Assembly (NCBI GenBank): GCA_963555755.3
Contig: OY820905.2
Location: 320,001 to 384,000 of the forward strand
DNA length: 64,000 nt
Source: Nitrospirales bacterium
GTDB lineage: Bacteria > Nitrospirota > Nitrospiria > Nitrospirales > UBA8639
Direction of reading: 5' to 3'
The notes beneath the pieces were generated by a model, which saw only the letters and a program-made list of their open reading frames with translations, made no database searches and had not been told where the DNA came from. Numbering within the stretch: the stretch's first letter is position 1; each line of letters opens with the position of its first letter. Below, piece after piece: positions 1 through 9,743 of this stretch. The position numbers were made by a program, and so were the translations under genes.

Positions 1-48
1 CGGGATAGGCTGACCGAGCTACTTAATAGTTAGCTGGACAAGAAATAG

Positions 49-435
49 ATGACGCTGAAACGAAAGCGTAGGACCGGCTTACAGAAGAAGGCAAAGCGCG
101 GCTTTCGAGGCCATCCGATCGCCACGGTCGCCTTCTACGGACCCGATGCCGATCGCGCCAGCAAGGTCGCCGTTGGAATAGTTGTGGACGAATCCGACGA
201 AGTGGTCGACATGAAGCGTTGGCTTTCGGACGACGTGGACGTGCGAGCGGATCCTTCGATCGGCGAGTCGATCGAGGAATTCATCCGGGGGCACGGAGTT
301 CGTAGTGTGGTAATGACCGATCGCATAATCGGTTGTCCGCACGAGGAGGGACCCGCTTATCCAAAGGGACAAACCTGTCCAAAGTGCCCGTACTGGGCAG
401 ATCGTGACCGTTTCTCTGGCGAGCGAATAGAATAA
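49..435 (+). CDS. Integron cassette hypothetical protein with Cys-rich C-terminus (CPHEEG, CPKCP)
   Basis: ORF lies between GTTAGCTGG (29-37) and its complement CCAGCTAAC (447-455), the standard cassette boundary pairing. Confidence 0.75.
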   Translation: MTLKRKRRTGLQKKAKRGFRGHPIATVAFYGPDADRASKVAVGIVVDESDEVVDMKRWLSDDVDVRADPSIGESIEEFIRGHGVRSVVMTDRIIGCPHEEGPAYPKGQTCPKCPYWADRDRFSGERIE

Positions 436-448
436 TGCTGAGCACGCC

Positions 449-529
449 AGCTAACAATCCGTTGAAGCTGTCGGTCACGCTCCTTGCTTGCGCAAGGGTC
501 GTGCCCGCAGCTTAACGACAACGTTAGGC
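449..529 (+). other. attC site
   Basis: R'' AGCTAAC, R' GTTAGGC; L boxes GTTGAAGCTG/CAGCTTAAC; imperfect palindrome. Confidence 0.85.
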
Positions 530-566
530 GCTAAAAAAGCCAACATAAGTTGGCAAAGGACTTTTC

Positions 567-1349
567 GTGACGATCCTGGAAAAGATCAATTTTGCTGGGG
601 CGACAATACTTGCCATTCAAGCTTTCATCATATTTGTCGTAGCCTATCATCGACAGCAAAGTCTACATTTGCAGGCGTTTTTTGTTCATTGGGGCATAGT
701 ATGGCTCTGTTTGTTCATCTTTTACCTCCTCGATTTGATATACGAAACACCTGCATTAACATACGTTGGTATGAGTGTCGATACCATAGGCAACTTTGCG
801 CTCGCCTTCGCGGCTTATGCGCTATTTAGAGCCGATCAATTCAATTGGTCAGACAGATTGCTCATTTACGGTTACGGAATACTACCAATAGTTATCGTTT
901 TCAATATCGCAGTATATGTCCTCATCCCGAACTCAGATATTGTTTGGATTATGTTCTACAACTCGCCCAATATCCTGATGGCCGCTGGCTGCTCGATAGC
1001 AATAGGCATCGGACTATTCCGTGAACCCACCGCAAAAGTAGTCCGCTGGCCCTTAATGATCGTTTTTCTCACATATGCCTTCCTTCAAATTCCCGCGTAT
1101 TATTTGGATTTTCTAAAGAATGTGCCGGAACTTGATGCGAGTAAGAACGCCATGTCGGTTTTTCTCGCATCTGGTAAGTTCGTACTAATTGTTGCTTTCA
1201 CTACCATGGCAATTTCTAATACTGAAATTGGGAGCGAGAAGTTTGTTAAGACAATTCAAATAGCGACTTGGATTCTTACGCTCGGATTCAGCCTTTATAT
1301 ATTGCTATTTCGGTTGCTGCAGGCCCTCTCGCTTTCTAATGGAGGTTAG
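567..1349 (+). CDS. Cassette polytopic membrane protein
   Basis: About 8 hydrophobic segments; bounded by attC sites. Confidence 0.7.
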   Translation: MTILEKINFAGATILAIQAFIIFVVAYHRQQSLHLQAFFVHWGIVWLCLFIFYLLDLIYETPALTYVGMSVDTIGNFALAFAAYALFRADQFNWSDRLLIYGYGILPIVIVFNIAVYVLIPNSDIVWIMFYNSPNILMAAGCSIAIGIGLFREPTAKVVRWPLMIVFLTYAFLQIPAYYLDFLKNVPELDASKNAMSVFLASGKFVLIVAFTTMAISNTEIGSEKFVKTIQIATWILTLGFSLYILLFRLLQALSLSNGG

Positions 1350-1358
1350 TAGCCCTGC

Positions 1359-1469
1359 ACCTAACAAGGCGTTGAACCGGACGTGCCACAGCTGTCTTTT
1401 TTGTGCCGGCGGTTCATTTTTGTCCCAAAAAAGCCAGCTGCGGCACGCCGGTTAACTTTGTCGTTATGC
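1359..1469 (+). other. attC site
   Basis: R'' ACCTAAC, R' GTTATGC; GTTGAACCGG/CCGGTTAAC arms and long internal palindrome. Confidence 0.85.
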
Positions 1470-1475
1470 TGCAAA

Positions 1476-1976
1476 ATGACTACTCGTTCTGATATCGAAA
1501 AGCGGTTCGTCGAACAGATCCGCTGCGTTGACGACCTCGCACAGATCGTCCTCAAGGGCCATCTGGTAATGGAAGAGGTGATGACCGAGGCGCTTGGTCG
1601 TTTTGTCCTGAACCCCGAATTCATTGAATCGGCAAGACTCCAATTCCATCAGAAGGTCAAACTATGCCGCGCAGCGTCCGCGAATGAAAAAGACAACTCA
1701 ATGTGGGCTCTGATTGATGCCCTAAACAGCCTAAGAAACCAATTGTCACACTCACTGGACGCAGAAAAGAAGCAAAAGAAACTTCAGACAATTCGCGAAC
1801 TATACGATCGCGAATTTCCAGATGGTAACCCGGACGAAATCGAAGACATGAACCCAGACTCAGCATTGTGCATGCTCGCGCTCTCTGGATGTTTGGGTTT
1901 CGTGTCGTCGCTCCTTGCCGAAATCAAAACATTTGAAGAGATGGTCAATCTTCATCGTCCACCACCAAGAGCTTGA
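1476..1976 (+). CDS. Cassette hypothetical helical protein (possible HEPN/MtlR-like, LRNQLSH)
   Basis: Start moved to ATG 1476, just after the attC; RNxxxH motif. Confidence 0.6.
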   Translation: MTTRSDIEKRFVEQIRCVDDLAQIVLKGHLVMEEVMTEALGRFVLNPEFIESARLQFHQKVKLCRAASANEKDNSMWALIDALNSLRNQLSHSLDAEKKQKKLQTIRELYDREFPDGNPDEIEDMNPDSALCMLALSGCLGFVSSLLAEIKTFEEMVNLHRPPPRA

Positions 1977-1989
1977 TCGCACAAATACA

Positions 1990-2120
1990 GCATAACAAGG
2001 CGTTGCACCGGTGCACGCTCGTCTTTCGGCTTTTCAACGTCTTCACCTTCGTTTACGCTTTTTGGTTGTTCAAACGTTAATCCCATTGGGCCGCGTGCCC
2101 GGTGAACTTGGTCGTTAGAT
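1990..2120 (+). other. attC site
   Basis: R'' GCATAAC complements the upstream GTTATGC; R' GTTAGAT; CACCGG/CCGGTG arms. Confidence 0.8.
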
Positions 2121-2154
2121 GCTATTCGTCCTGTGAACTCAGGAAGGAGGTACC

Positions 2155-2778
2155 ATGCCTTTAAGTCGCTATCTGGCAGAAAAAGGGAACGCGTTAGAAT
2201 TCAACCTATGTGTTTTCGAAGGAAAGGACGATTGGTCTGACGAAGTACGAGAGAGGTTAATCGAAGAAAGCATACAGGTTTTGGATGACCTGACATTGGA
2301 TCCCGTTTTAAGCTTTTCACTACAGGTTGCCTACGAGACTGCACGGGAACCCGACGATTCGATCAAGAAGGTTCTTGCAGGAGGCGAGGCCCTAAATAGC
2401 TTTTTGGAATCCGAGAAATTTCTTCTGGAGTCATCGGGGTTTCAGGCGGGAACAGTTGATTCCGTTGTAGGCCTTGTCAGGGAGAATCTAGAAGCCGGGC
2501 TTAGTGGGCTCGTCCCGCCGAGCGATGTATTCAAGGCTATAGTTAGATTGAAATTTGCCTTAATTGAAGCCAAAGAAGGGAAGCGGCCATTCCGCTGGCA
2601 CCACGTTGCCCTAAAGCTCGCATTAGGATTCTCTGGAGCAAGTCTTATCGGGCTCAACGCCAGTGGATTGGCGCTAACCGTGGGAATTTTCGGACCACTT
2701 ACTGCTCTCTCCAGTGCTGTGGGCGGGATCATTCTTGGCGAATCAGGAAAAGGGGCGTTAGAACTGATATCGAGGTGA
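2155..2778 (+). CDS. Cassette hypothetical protein with C-terminal Gly-rich hydrophobic hairpin
   Basis: RBS AAGGAGG before the ATG; bounded by attC sites. Confidence 0.7.
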   Translation: MPLSRYLAEKGNALEFNLCVFEGKDDWSDEVRERLIEESIQVLDDLTLDPVLSFSLQVAYETAREPDDSIKKVLAGGEALNSFLESEKFLLESSGFQAGTVDSVVGLVRENLEAGLSGLVPPSDVFKAIVRLKFALIEAKEGKRPFRWHHVALKLALGFSGASLIGLNASGLALTVGIFGPLTALSSAVGGIILGESGKGALELISR

Positions 2779-2825
2779 GTCCGACCTGGAGTTCAAGCAA
2801 ATCAGAACTAGGGTCGGAATATGCC

Positions 2826-2897
2826 ATCTAACAAGATGCTGCAGCTGACGGCCAACCCGCTGCGCGGCTTGTCTGCAGCTGAGCTTGGTCGTTAGCC
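2826..2897 (+). other. attC site
   Basis: R'' ATCTAAC complements the upstream GTTAGAT; R' GTTAGCC; GCTGCAGCTG/CAGCTGAGC arms. Confidence 0.85.
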
Positions 2898-2970
2898 TGA
2901 CAGATTAGTTGTATAACAAGCTCCCGACTGGGAGGCGAAATCATGCAGATCCGAGAGGCTAGTTTGCATT

Positions 2971-3657
2971 TTGATCCAGCAGGAAAAGGAGAAGGGCATG
3001 AGTGGGCGAGAAACCATGAGGCGAGCTAGGCTTGGTTTCCTGGCCGTTCTGCTGATCGCAGTTGGCTGTCAGGTAGCTGGTACACAGAAGGAGGGTGGAA
3101 AAACCATGAGTGGTCGTAACCTTACTCCGGAGCAGCAGGCGATGGTCGAGATATGGGAACGACACATGGCCGCCGAGTTCGAGGAGAAAAGTATCAACGC
3201 GACGATGGCGACAATGACGTCTGATCCCTTCGTCAATCATGTCCCTGTCATGACAGGTGGCGTTGGCTCTAGTGAAGTCCGCCACTTCTACAGCACGTAT
3301 TTCCTCCCCGGTCATCCACCGGACACCGAAACCTTACCGGTCGCTCGCACGGTTGGAGATGACCGCGTAGTGGACGAACTGATTCACAAGTTTACCCACA
3401 CGATCGAGATGCCGTGGATTCTCCCCGGCGTACCGCCTACGGGCAAACGGGTCGAAGTTGCCGTCATCGTGGTTGTGCAGTTTAAAGAGGGAAAGATCGC
3501 CGGTGAGCGCATCTACTGGGACCAAGCTTCCGTACTCGCGCAGGTCGGCATGATCGATGCGGAGAAACTGCCCGCGACAGGGATCGAGGCCTCCCGCAAA
3601 GTCGTTGACCCCGCACAGGAACCATCCAACAGGTTAATCAAGCGGGTGAGTGAATAA
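2971..3657 (+). CDS. SnoaL/ester-cyclase-like protein, probable lipoprotein
   Basis: VNHVPVMTGG, FTHTIEMPWILPG and ERIYWDQASVL motifs; lipobox-like IAVGC. True start may be 2998 or 3016. Confidence 0.75.
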   Translation: MIQQEKEKGMSGRETMRRARLGFLAVLLIAVGCQVAGTQKEGGKTMSGRNLTPEQQAMVEIWERHMAAEFEEKSINATMATMTSDPFVNHVPVMTGGVGSSEVRHFYSTYFLPGHPPDTETLPVARTVGDDRVVDELIHKFTHTIEMPWILPGVPPTGKRVEVAVIVVVQFKEGKIAGERIYWDQASVLAQVGMIDAEKLPATGIEASRKVVDPAQEPSNRLIKRVSE

Positions 3658-3664
3658 CAATGAT

Positions 3665-3813
3665 GGGGGCAAGGCTTGAATTCACACATTAACTTCCTTC
3701 TGGTCTGCCCTATGACGTGGGAGCAATCGGTGTGTGGAAAAGTTGAGGTAGACCCTGGAGCTCGATTTGCGTGTGCCCATGGCTCAAAAGGTATTCACTT
3801 ACAACCTGACCCC
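3665..3813. repeat. ~150-bp mini-element copy A (GGGGxCAAG...ACAACCTGACCCC)
   Basis: Shares TTAACTTCCTTCTGG, GGAGCTCGA and CAAAAGGTATT blocks with four other copies; short terminal inverted repeats. Confidence 0.85.
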
Positions 3814-3849
3814 TTAACTATAAAAAGTTTTATACCAAGGGAGGTAAAT

Positions 3850-5076
3850 ATGCGTACCAAGTTGATGGCCATCATAGTTTTAACTGCAACGCAATTTTTT
3901 ATATCATCACCTGTGTTCTCAAAAGAAAACGATTTTACAACTCTTCGTGTGGCTTTATATCCCTATGTTCCCAATCGGCATTCCTTATTTCATAAAGTTG
4001 AAAAGATATTCGAGAGTCGTAATCCAGGTGTCAACCTGGAGTTAGTTGAAGATTCGGCTCTCCTCGAGAAATATTACTCAGGAGGGTTACAGAAAACAGT
4101 TGCCGATGTTTATGAAGTAGACACTATACTTTTATCCGATCTGATTAAGTCAGGAAAGATTTCACCTATTAAGCTTCCCAGCGGCTCATTTACGAAAGAA
4201 GCAATTGCTGCTGTGACTAGACACGGTGATGTTTACGGTGTTCCTCATTGGCTATGCGGGAATTTTCTCATTTATAAGAAGGGTGATATAGAAATTGAAA
4301 GTTCAAAAACCTGGAAAGATTTAAACGAGGTTCTAAAAAAACGGAATGAAAGTGTATTTGTTGATTTTAAGGGAAAATCAACCTTAGGAGAATGGTACCT
4401 TACAGCTTTGTCAGGACAGCAAGGGCTAGAGCAAGCGCAGAAGCACGTTTTAGAATCTGAAGAATTAGATGAACAAGCTGTTAGTTCTCTAGCTTCAATG
4501 TTGAAATCCTGTCCTGCGGGCTTTTGTCGTAATGATGATCTTCATGATCGTGCTGGTTATTATTCAAGGGCATTTATAGCAGGAAAGTCTAGCGGTTATG
4601 TTGGATATTCTGAATCAATTCACTATGGAATTCAGTATGCCATAGATAATTGCACGAAAACCTCAAGCTGTTTGTCAATAGATGACATTGCTGTTCGTAG
4701 GCTTCCTGGATTTTCGGAACGTTCGGTGAATGAAGGTATCGGGTGGGTCGATGCGTTAGCCACAGATTCAAGCCTGGATGCTAAAAAGAAAATTTTAGCC
4801 ACAAAGTTTATTGAATTTATGGTGTCTGAGGAAGCATATAAAGTAATTTTAGAGCCTGAATGGGGAGAAGCACCCAGATATTTAATTCCAGCACAAACAG
4901 GTATCAATATACAGAACGCGCCGTTATATGGTTCATTCTATGAAGCTCATTCTGGGAGGGCCACGGGAACATTGGTAGGGCTAAATAATAAGTTACGCGC
5001 AATGGGGAAGAAACTAAATTGTGAACTACCAATTAGCAGAACTGATATTGTTACATTAGAACAGTGTACTCCCTAA
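3850..5076 (+). CDS. Thiaminase I (thiamine pyridinylase)-like secreted protein
   Basis: Signal peptide; TLRVALYPYVP, YGVPHWLCGN (catalytic Cys) and YVGYSES (catalytic Glu) match thiaminase I motifs; RBS GGAGG; truncated attC start GCCTAAC at 5081. Confidence 0.75.
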   Translation: MRTKLMAIIVLTATQFFISSPVFSKENDFTTLRVALYPYVPNRHSLFHKVEKIFESRNPGVNLELVEDSALLEKYYSGGLQKTVADVYEVDTILLSDLIKSGKISPIKLPSGSFTKEAIAAVTRHGDVYGVPHWLCGNFLIYKKGDIEIESSKTWKDLNEVLKKRNESVFVDFKGKSTLGEWYLTALSGQQGLEQAQKHVLESEELDEQAVSSLASMLKSCPAGFCRNDDLHDRAGYYSRAFIAGKSSGYVGYSESIHYGIQYAIDNCTKTSSCLSIDDIAVRRLPGFSERSVNEGIGWVDALATDSSLDAKKKILATKFIEFMVSEEAYKVILEPEWGEAPRYLIPAQTGINIQNAPLYGSFYEAHSGRATGTLVGLNNKLRAMGKKLNCELPISRTDIVTLEQCTP

Positions 5077-5168
5077 AAATGCCTAACAAGACAAATTAAC
5101 TCGAAAAAGGTGGCGCTACCATTTTTCAATCTTCACGAAGCCACTTCAAGACCATCTTCGACAGAGAA

Positions 5169-5318
5169 GGGGTCAAGTATTGACTGCATACATTAACTTC
5201 CTTCTGGTCGGCTGCGATGACGTGGGATCAATCGGTGTGTGGGAAAGTTGAAGTAGACCCTGGAGCTCGATACGCGTGTGGCCATGGGTCAAAAGGTATT
5301 CACTCACAACCTGACCCC
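5169..5318. repeat. Mini-element copy B
   Basis: GGGGTCAAGTATTGAC...ACAACCTGACCCC. Confidence 0.85.
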
Positions 5319-5319
5319 T

Positions 5320-5493
5320 TCATCGTGCCACACCTTTCGCCATTCATTTGCCACGCATCTGCTGGAAGGCGGCTACGATATCAGGACAGTGCAAGAACTG
5401 CTGGGCCATCGCGACGTCAAAACGACCATGATCTATACTCATGTTCTCAATCGTGGGGCAGCTGGAGTCCGCAGTCCGCTGGATGGGTTGTGA
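5320..5493 (+). pseudogene. intI: Integron integrase 3' fragment
   Basis: [44 protein letters not shown]; 5' part replaced by the mini-element. Confidence 0.9.
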
Positions 5494-5676
5494 GCCTATT
5501 CAAATAAGTGGCATTATCCTGATCCGCATAAGATGCCAAACTAACTGGACTCGTGGATGCAACCAATTGAAAAGACAACGATTCCGGCGTATTGTTCAGA
5601 AGGCGCGATGCGTGTTATCCGGACAGAAACTCGAAGACCCGTGCTCTTACACGGATCCATCTAAACATTGTTAGAC
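5494..5676 (+). promoter_or_regulatory. Putative attI region with Pc-like promoter, copy 1
   Basis: ~180 bp repeated three times, with homology ending at GTTA; TTGAAA-17-TATTGT at 5567-5595; GTTAGACGCCC pairs with GGGCGTCTAAC (7379-7389). Confidence 0.7.
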
Positions 5677-5704
5677 GCCCTCGTATCGTCACAGCAGGAG
5701 CGAC

Positions 5705-6604
5705 ATGGCAAAAGCATCGCTGCCACTTCCGAACGGAGCGACTGTGGAAATCGAAGGCTCCATCCATGAAGTCAAGGAACTGCTCGAGTTCTACGGAGGG
5801 CGCGCTGGAAAGGAGTCCGGTGCACCCAAGAAGCGCGCATCCAAGAAAGGGACGAAGGCTGCCGAGCCAGCAGCACCCGAGGCCAAGGGCGTGGACATCA
5901 CGGAGGTAGTTAATCTCGTCAAGAGTTGCGACGAAGCCGAGGACATTGAGGCTCGAATTCTGGACAAGAGCACCCAGGTCGCTCGCGTTCTGCTTCCGCT
6001 CTATATGGTCCATGAGTACTTGGAGAACGCGCATGCCTTGTCATCGGGCGACGTTGCTGCAATTACAACTCAATTGAGCGTTCCAGTGGCTCAGCCGAAC
6101 GCTTCAAGAACGCTGTCAGGTACTGCGTCCAAGTACGTCATCGGCGACACCTCTCGGAAGAAGGGAGCTGCAGTCCGGTACAAGCTCAACAGGAGAGGTG
6201 TCAAGCACCTCCAGTCTGTCATAGCCGGCGATGCCGGTTCAGTCTCGAACGAAGCCACTGGCCACTCGACCCGAAAGAAAATACCGAAGAAGGCTGTCGA
6301 GAAGACTGGACCGAAGAAAAAACCCGCGAAACCGAAAGCGGCAAAGAAGCGAGCCTCCCGATCCTCAACAAAGGGAAGCAAGACCCGGCGCCCTGCCCCG
6401 GGCGAGATGCTAAGGGAACTTGTCGCAGGGGGATTTTTTCCCAAGTCGCGAACAATCAACGCAATCCAAGAACACGCCCAGCACAACCTTGCTCATACGT
6501 ATGGAGTCAACGAACTATCCACTCCGCTACGCCGCGACATTCACAATAACCTCCTAGTCAGGACAAAGAACTCCGATGGCCAGTACGAATACGCCGGGTC
6601 CTAG
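5705..6604 (+). CDS. Cassette gene 1 of 2: Lys-rich, probably DNA-binding hypothetical protein
   Basis: RBS AGGAG; wHTH-like segments separated by KKxAxK linkers; overlaps the next gene. Confidence 0.65.
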   Translation: MAKASLPLPNGATVEIEGSIHEVKELLEFYGGRAGKESGAPKKRASKKGTKAAEPAAPEAKGVDITEVVNLVKSCDEAEDIEARILDKSTQVARVLLPLYMVHEYLENAHALSSGDVAAITTQLSVPVAQPNASRTLSGTASKYVIGDTSRKKGAAVRYKLNRRGVKHLQSVIAGDAGSVSNEATGHSTRKKIPKKAVEKTGPKKKPAKPKAAKKRASRSSTKGSKTRRPAPGEMLRELVAGGFFPKSRTINAIQEHAQHNLAHTYGVNELSTPLRRDIHNNLLVRTKNSDGQYEYAGS

Positions 6605-7388
6605 TTCTGGCCTAGAAAGTGCTCTCGAAAACGCTCCATCCAAGTTTCGGAAGAGGATCATCGAATCCTATACTGAAATTAAACGCAGGCACCGCGAAGC
6701 AGGATCGGGGTCGGGGATCGACGCGGCCGGGCTGAGCGCTGGTAAGTTTTGCGAGTCGGCCATAAGGCTACTTCAGCACGAACTGACTGGTGACAGTGTC
6801 CGCTTCGGGAAACACATTCCCAACTTCCCGGACGCTTGTCGCAAGCTGATCGTCCTCGATGCCTCGACAGGTCCGGAATCACTGCGGGTCTTGATTCCGC
6901 GAGCGCTGGTTTTCCTTAATACTATGCGTGGGAAGAGAGGAATCGGCCATGTCGGCGGAGACATCGAGGCCAATTCAATTGATCTCGCAACAATCGTACG
7001 CATGTGCGACTGGGTACTGTGCGAGCTCATTCGTGTCTACCACAACCTTCCAATCGAAGATGCTCAAGCAGTAGTTGATTCGCTTGCGACCAAGCAGCTT
7101 CAGGACATCTGGGAAATCGGCGGAAGGAAGCGAATACTTCGCACAGGCTTGAATTTTAAGCAGGAGGTTCTTCTTCTTCTCTACTCGCAGCCCGACTCAG
7201 CCGCCCTGGCCGAGGAGCTGTTCGAATGGAGCGAGCATTCGAACAGCTCCGTTTTTCGCAGAGACGTCCTCAAGCCGCTCCACAAGGCGAAGTTAATCGA
7301 ATATGACCAAGCGGAAGAGATTGCATACCTATCCCCTCTTGGCGTCATAGAAGTCGAAGAAGTTCTCGATGACCGCCCGGGCGTCTAA
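6576..7388 (+). CDS. Cassette gene 2 of 2: HEPN/Abi_C-like protein with C-terminal wHTH
   Basis: GKFCESA and MRGKRGIGHVGG (R-x-H) motifs; stop codon lies in the attC R'' GTCTAAC. Confidence 0.6.
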   Translation: MASTNTPGPSSGLESALENAPSKFRKRIIESYTEIKRRHREAGSGSGIDAAGLSAGKFCESAIRLLQHELTGDSVRFGKHIPNFPDACRKLIVLDASTGPESLRVLIPRALVFLNTMRGKRGIGHVGGDIEANSIDLATIVRMCDWVLCELIRVYHNLPIEDAQAVVDSLATKQLQDIWEIGGRKRILRTGLNFKQEVLLLLYSQPDSAALAEELFEWSEHSNSSVFRRDVLKPLHKAKLIEYDQAEEIAYLSPLGVIEVEEVLDDRPGV

Positions 7389-7430
7389 CACGAGCTTGCA
7401 GTCGGACTGGGCAACAGCCAGGCGTTACGA
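7383..7430 (+). other. Truncated or degenerate attC
   Basis: R'' GTCTAAC present; right arm short and degenerate just before the mini-element/IS junction. Confidence 0.5.
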
Positions 7431-7468
7431 CCTTTGGTAGTAAGGGAATAAGGGGGTCAAGATAAGGG

Positions 7469-9372
7469 CAGGGCCATTTCATTCTTTTTATAAGCAAGGG
7501 ATTCCATGAGGTTTTTTGTGCCCTCTTTTTCAGGGCAGGGCCATGCGGATGGCTAAATGGGGCTTGCCCCAGAGCAGTCTACACGCCTGCGCGATATTGG
7601 TGTAGCCTTTCAGGCGTAAGAGACTGATGGCATAGCGTCTCAGACAGGTCATGACCATTGGGCCATTGAGACTTCGTATCTGACTCCTGTCTTCATCAAA
7701 GGTGACGTCCAACACATAATGCTGCTTATTCTCCACACTCCAATGCTTTCGGTTTTGCGAGAGGATGGTCTTCGGCCCCGCCTTGTCTTTGGACTGACTC
7801 GTGACACCGCAGACCGCTTCGACGGTCGTGAGGCCCTGCTTGAGATGCGTCACTTCCCTCTCAATGCAGAAGACTTGCTGGACATGAGGAAAGTTGACAT
7901 AGGCATTCAGGGAGTCATCGCACCAGATCCTGCGGGTCGTGATCTGCCCATGGCCTTTCTCGGTGGTGGCATAATCGCACCGGCGTGCTCGCAACGCTAA
8001 GGCCTCAATGTCGTGCTTCAAGGTGGGCTGGTTTCCCTTGACGGTGAAGACGAAGTCGGCGCCGCGTTCGTGCACCAGGTACTCGGCAATCTCTTTCTGG
8101 GTGAGGAGCGCATCCGCCGTGATCACCTTCCCTGCGATCTCGAGCGCATCTAACAGGGGCCGCACGCAGGGGATCTCATTGGTCTTGGAGTGAACTTTTT
8201 TTGGGTGAGGTGGCGCCCGGCTTGATGGGTGACGGCGCTGAGGACGTGGGGCTGTTCGCTTGGGACCTTCGACGTCCCCCGCATGGTCTTCCCATCAATG
8301 GCAATGCCCTGATCCTCCCCGCCGAAGGTGTCCAGCCACCGGCCGAGCAGGGTATCGACTTCACAGGGGTCGACGGCCGTGATAAAGCGGTAAAGAGTGC
8401 TGCGGCTCGGGACGAGGTAGCGCCCCCCTCGCTGAGTACAGCCTAGCCGCTTGCGCATCGGCTGCGATAACTGCTGGGCCCAGTCCGAGATCGCTTCATA
8501 GCCGCGCGCGCCGCACAAGGTGGCACAGAACATGATCGCCGTGAGGGCGCGTCGGGTGTGCCGTTGCCCTTGCAAATGGCGGGGATCGGTCAGCTGCACC
8601 ACATACGTAAAGAGGGAGTCCGTCTGTTTTGTATTCAATCTCATCTGAGGCGCTTCTCCTTTCTGATAGGGCTGATCAAGCATCGGGCGTGCAAGGATCT
8701 CTCGGGCTTGGGGATGCAGCCGCACGACTAGGATGCGCTTCGGTCTCTCATGCTGAACATAACACGTGTTCGACTTGCGAAACCCTCGTGTCAGACCGAG
8801 CTCGTGCCACCCGGCGGCCCGATAGCAGGTCCCGGTGAAGCGGGCAGGATCGACGAAGGTCTCTAAGAGGAGCAAGGGGTAGCCGTGGTACAGTTGCCAA
8901 TCGGCCGAGATCCGTTTCGCGCAGAGCGACAGGACTTTCGAGGCGAGGTTCTTTTGCGAACAGCCCGGCAGCATGAGAAACCGGGTGTTGTTGGCCAGTA
9001 AATGGAGTCGTTGCCATTGAAAACAGGGGGGCCAGCCGATCCAGTGGTCTCGCGGTCTCGATTTGAGGGCCGCCGCCGCAAACACCAGCAAGGCCAGCCA
9101 GCGATCCTGCACACAGGCGAGATATTGTATCGATTGGCCAATCAGCGGGGCATGACCGAGGTAGTGGTGTCTGTCGAGAAGGGTCTTGAAGGCGTCCTTT
9201 TCGTCTCGGACAATTGGGCGAACCACGACTTGCCTCAGATCAATGTCCGGCTGTCCGCTTGGCGATTCGTCTGGCATGCAAAAGAGTATGCCGTAAACGA
9301 AAAGAAAAAGCCAGCCTAAATCGATTATTCCTTATTATCTATAAAGTTACACTTTAATATGAAATAGCCCTG
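7469..9372 (-). mobile_element. ISAs1-family IS, copy 1 (DUF4338-fused transposase; ORFs 8150-9277 and 7530-8165)
   Basis: CAGGGC(C/T)ATTTCAT IRs; 9-bp TSD AGATAAGGG (7460-7468 / 9373-9381); IAIDGKT, TADAL, VKGNQ, HWSVEN and FDED motifs. Confidence 0.92.
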
Positions 9373-9378
9373 AGATAA

Positions 9379-9528
9379 GGGTGGCAATTCTTGACTTCAT
9401 ATATTAACTTCCTTCTGGTCGGCCCGCGGACGTGGGCGCAATCGTTGTGTGAGAAAGTTGATGTAGAGTCTGGAGCTCGATACGCGTGTGGCCATGGGTC
9501 AAAAGGTATTAACTCACAACCTCACCCC
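9379..9528. repeat. Mini-element copy C
   Basis: Aligns with copies A and B; left end adjoins the ISAs1 insertion. Confidence 0.8.
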
Positions 9529-9529
9529 T

Positions 9530-9713
9530 TAACTATTCAAATAGGTGGGATTACCCGGATCCGCATAAGATGCCAAAATAATTGGACTCGTAGACGTAAC
9601 CAATTGAAAAGACAACGATTCTGGCGTATTGTTCAGAAGACTCGCTGCGTGTTATCCGGACAGAAACTCGAAGACCCGTGCTCTTACACGGATTCATTTA
9701 AACACTGTTATGC
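9530..9713 (+). promoter_or_regulatory. Putative attI region with Pc-like promoter, copy 2
   Basis: TTGAAA-17-TATTGT at 9604-9632; ends in GTTATGC, which pairs with GCATAAC at 10316. Confidence 0.7.
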
Positions 9714-9743
9714 CTCCTCAATTAAAAACCAGGGAGCGATTCT

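Noticed and set aside
5441..5909. ORFs spanning the attI-like blocks (also 9391-9747 and 12611-12844)
   Set aside because: They cross non-coding repeats and recombination sites, with no RBS or protein-like features.
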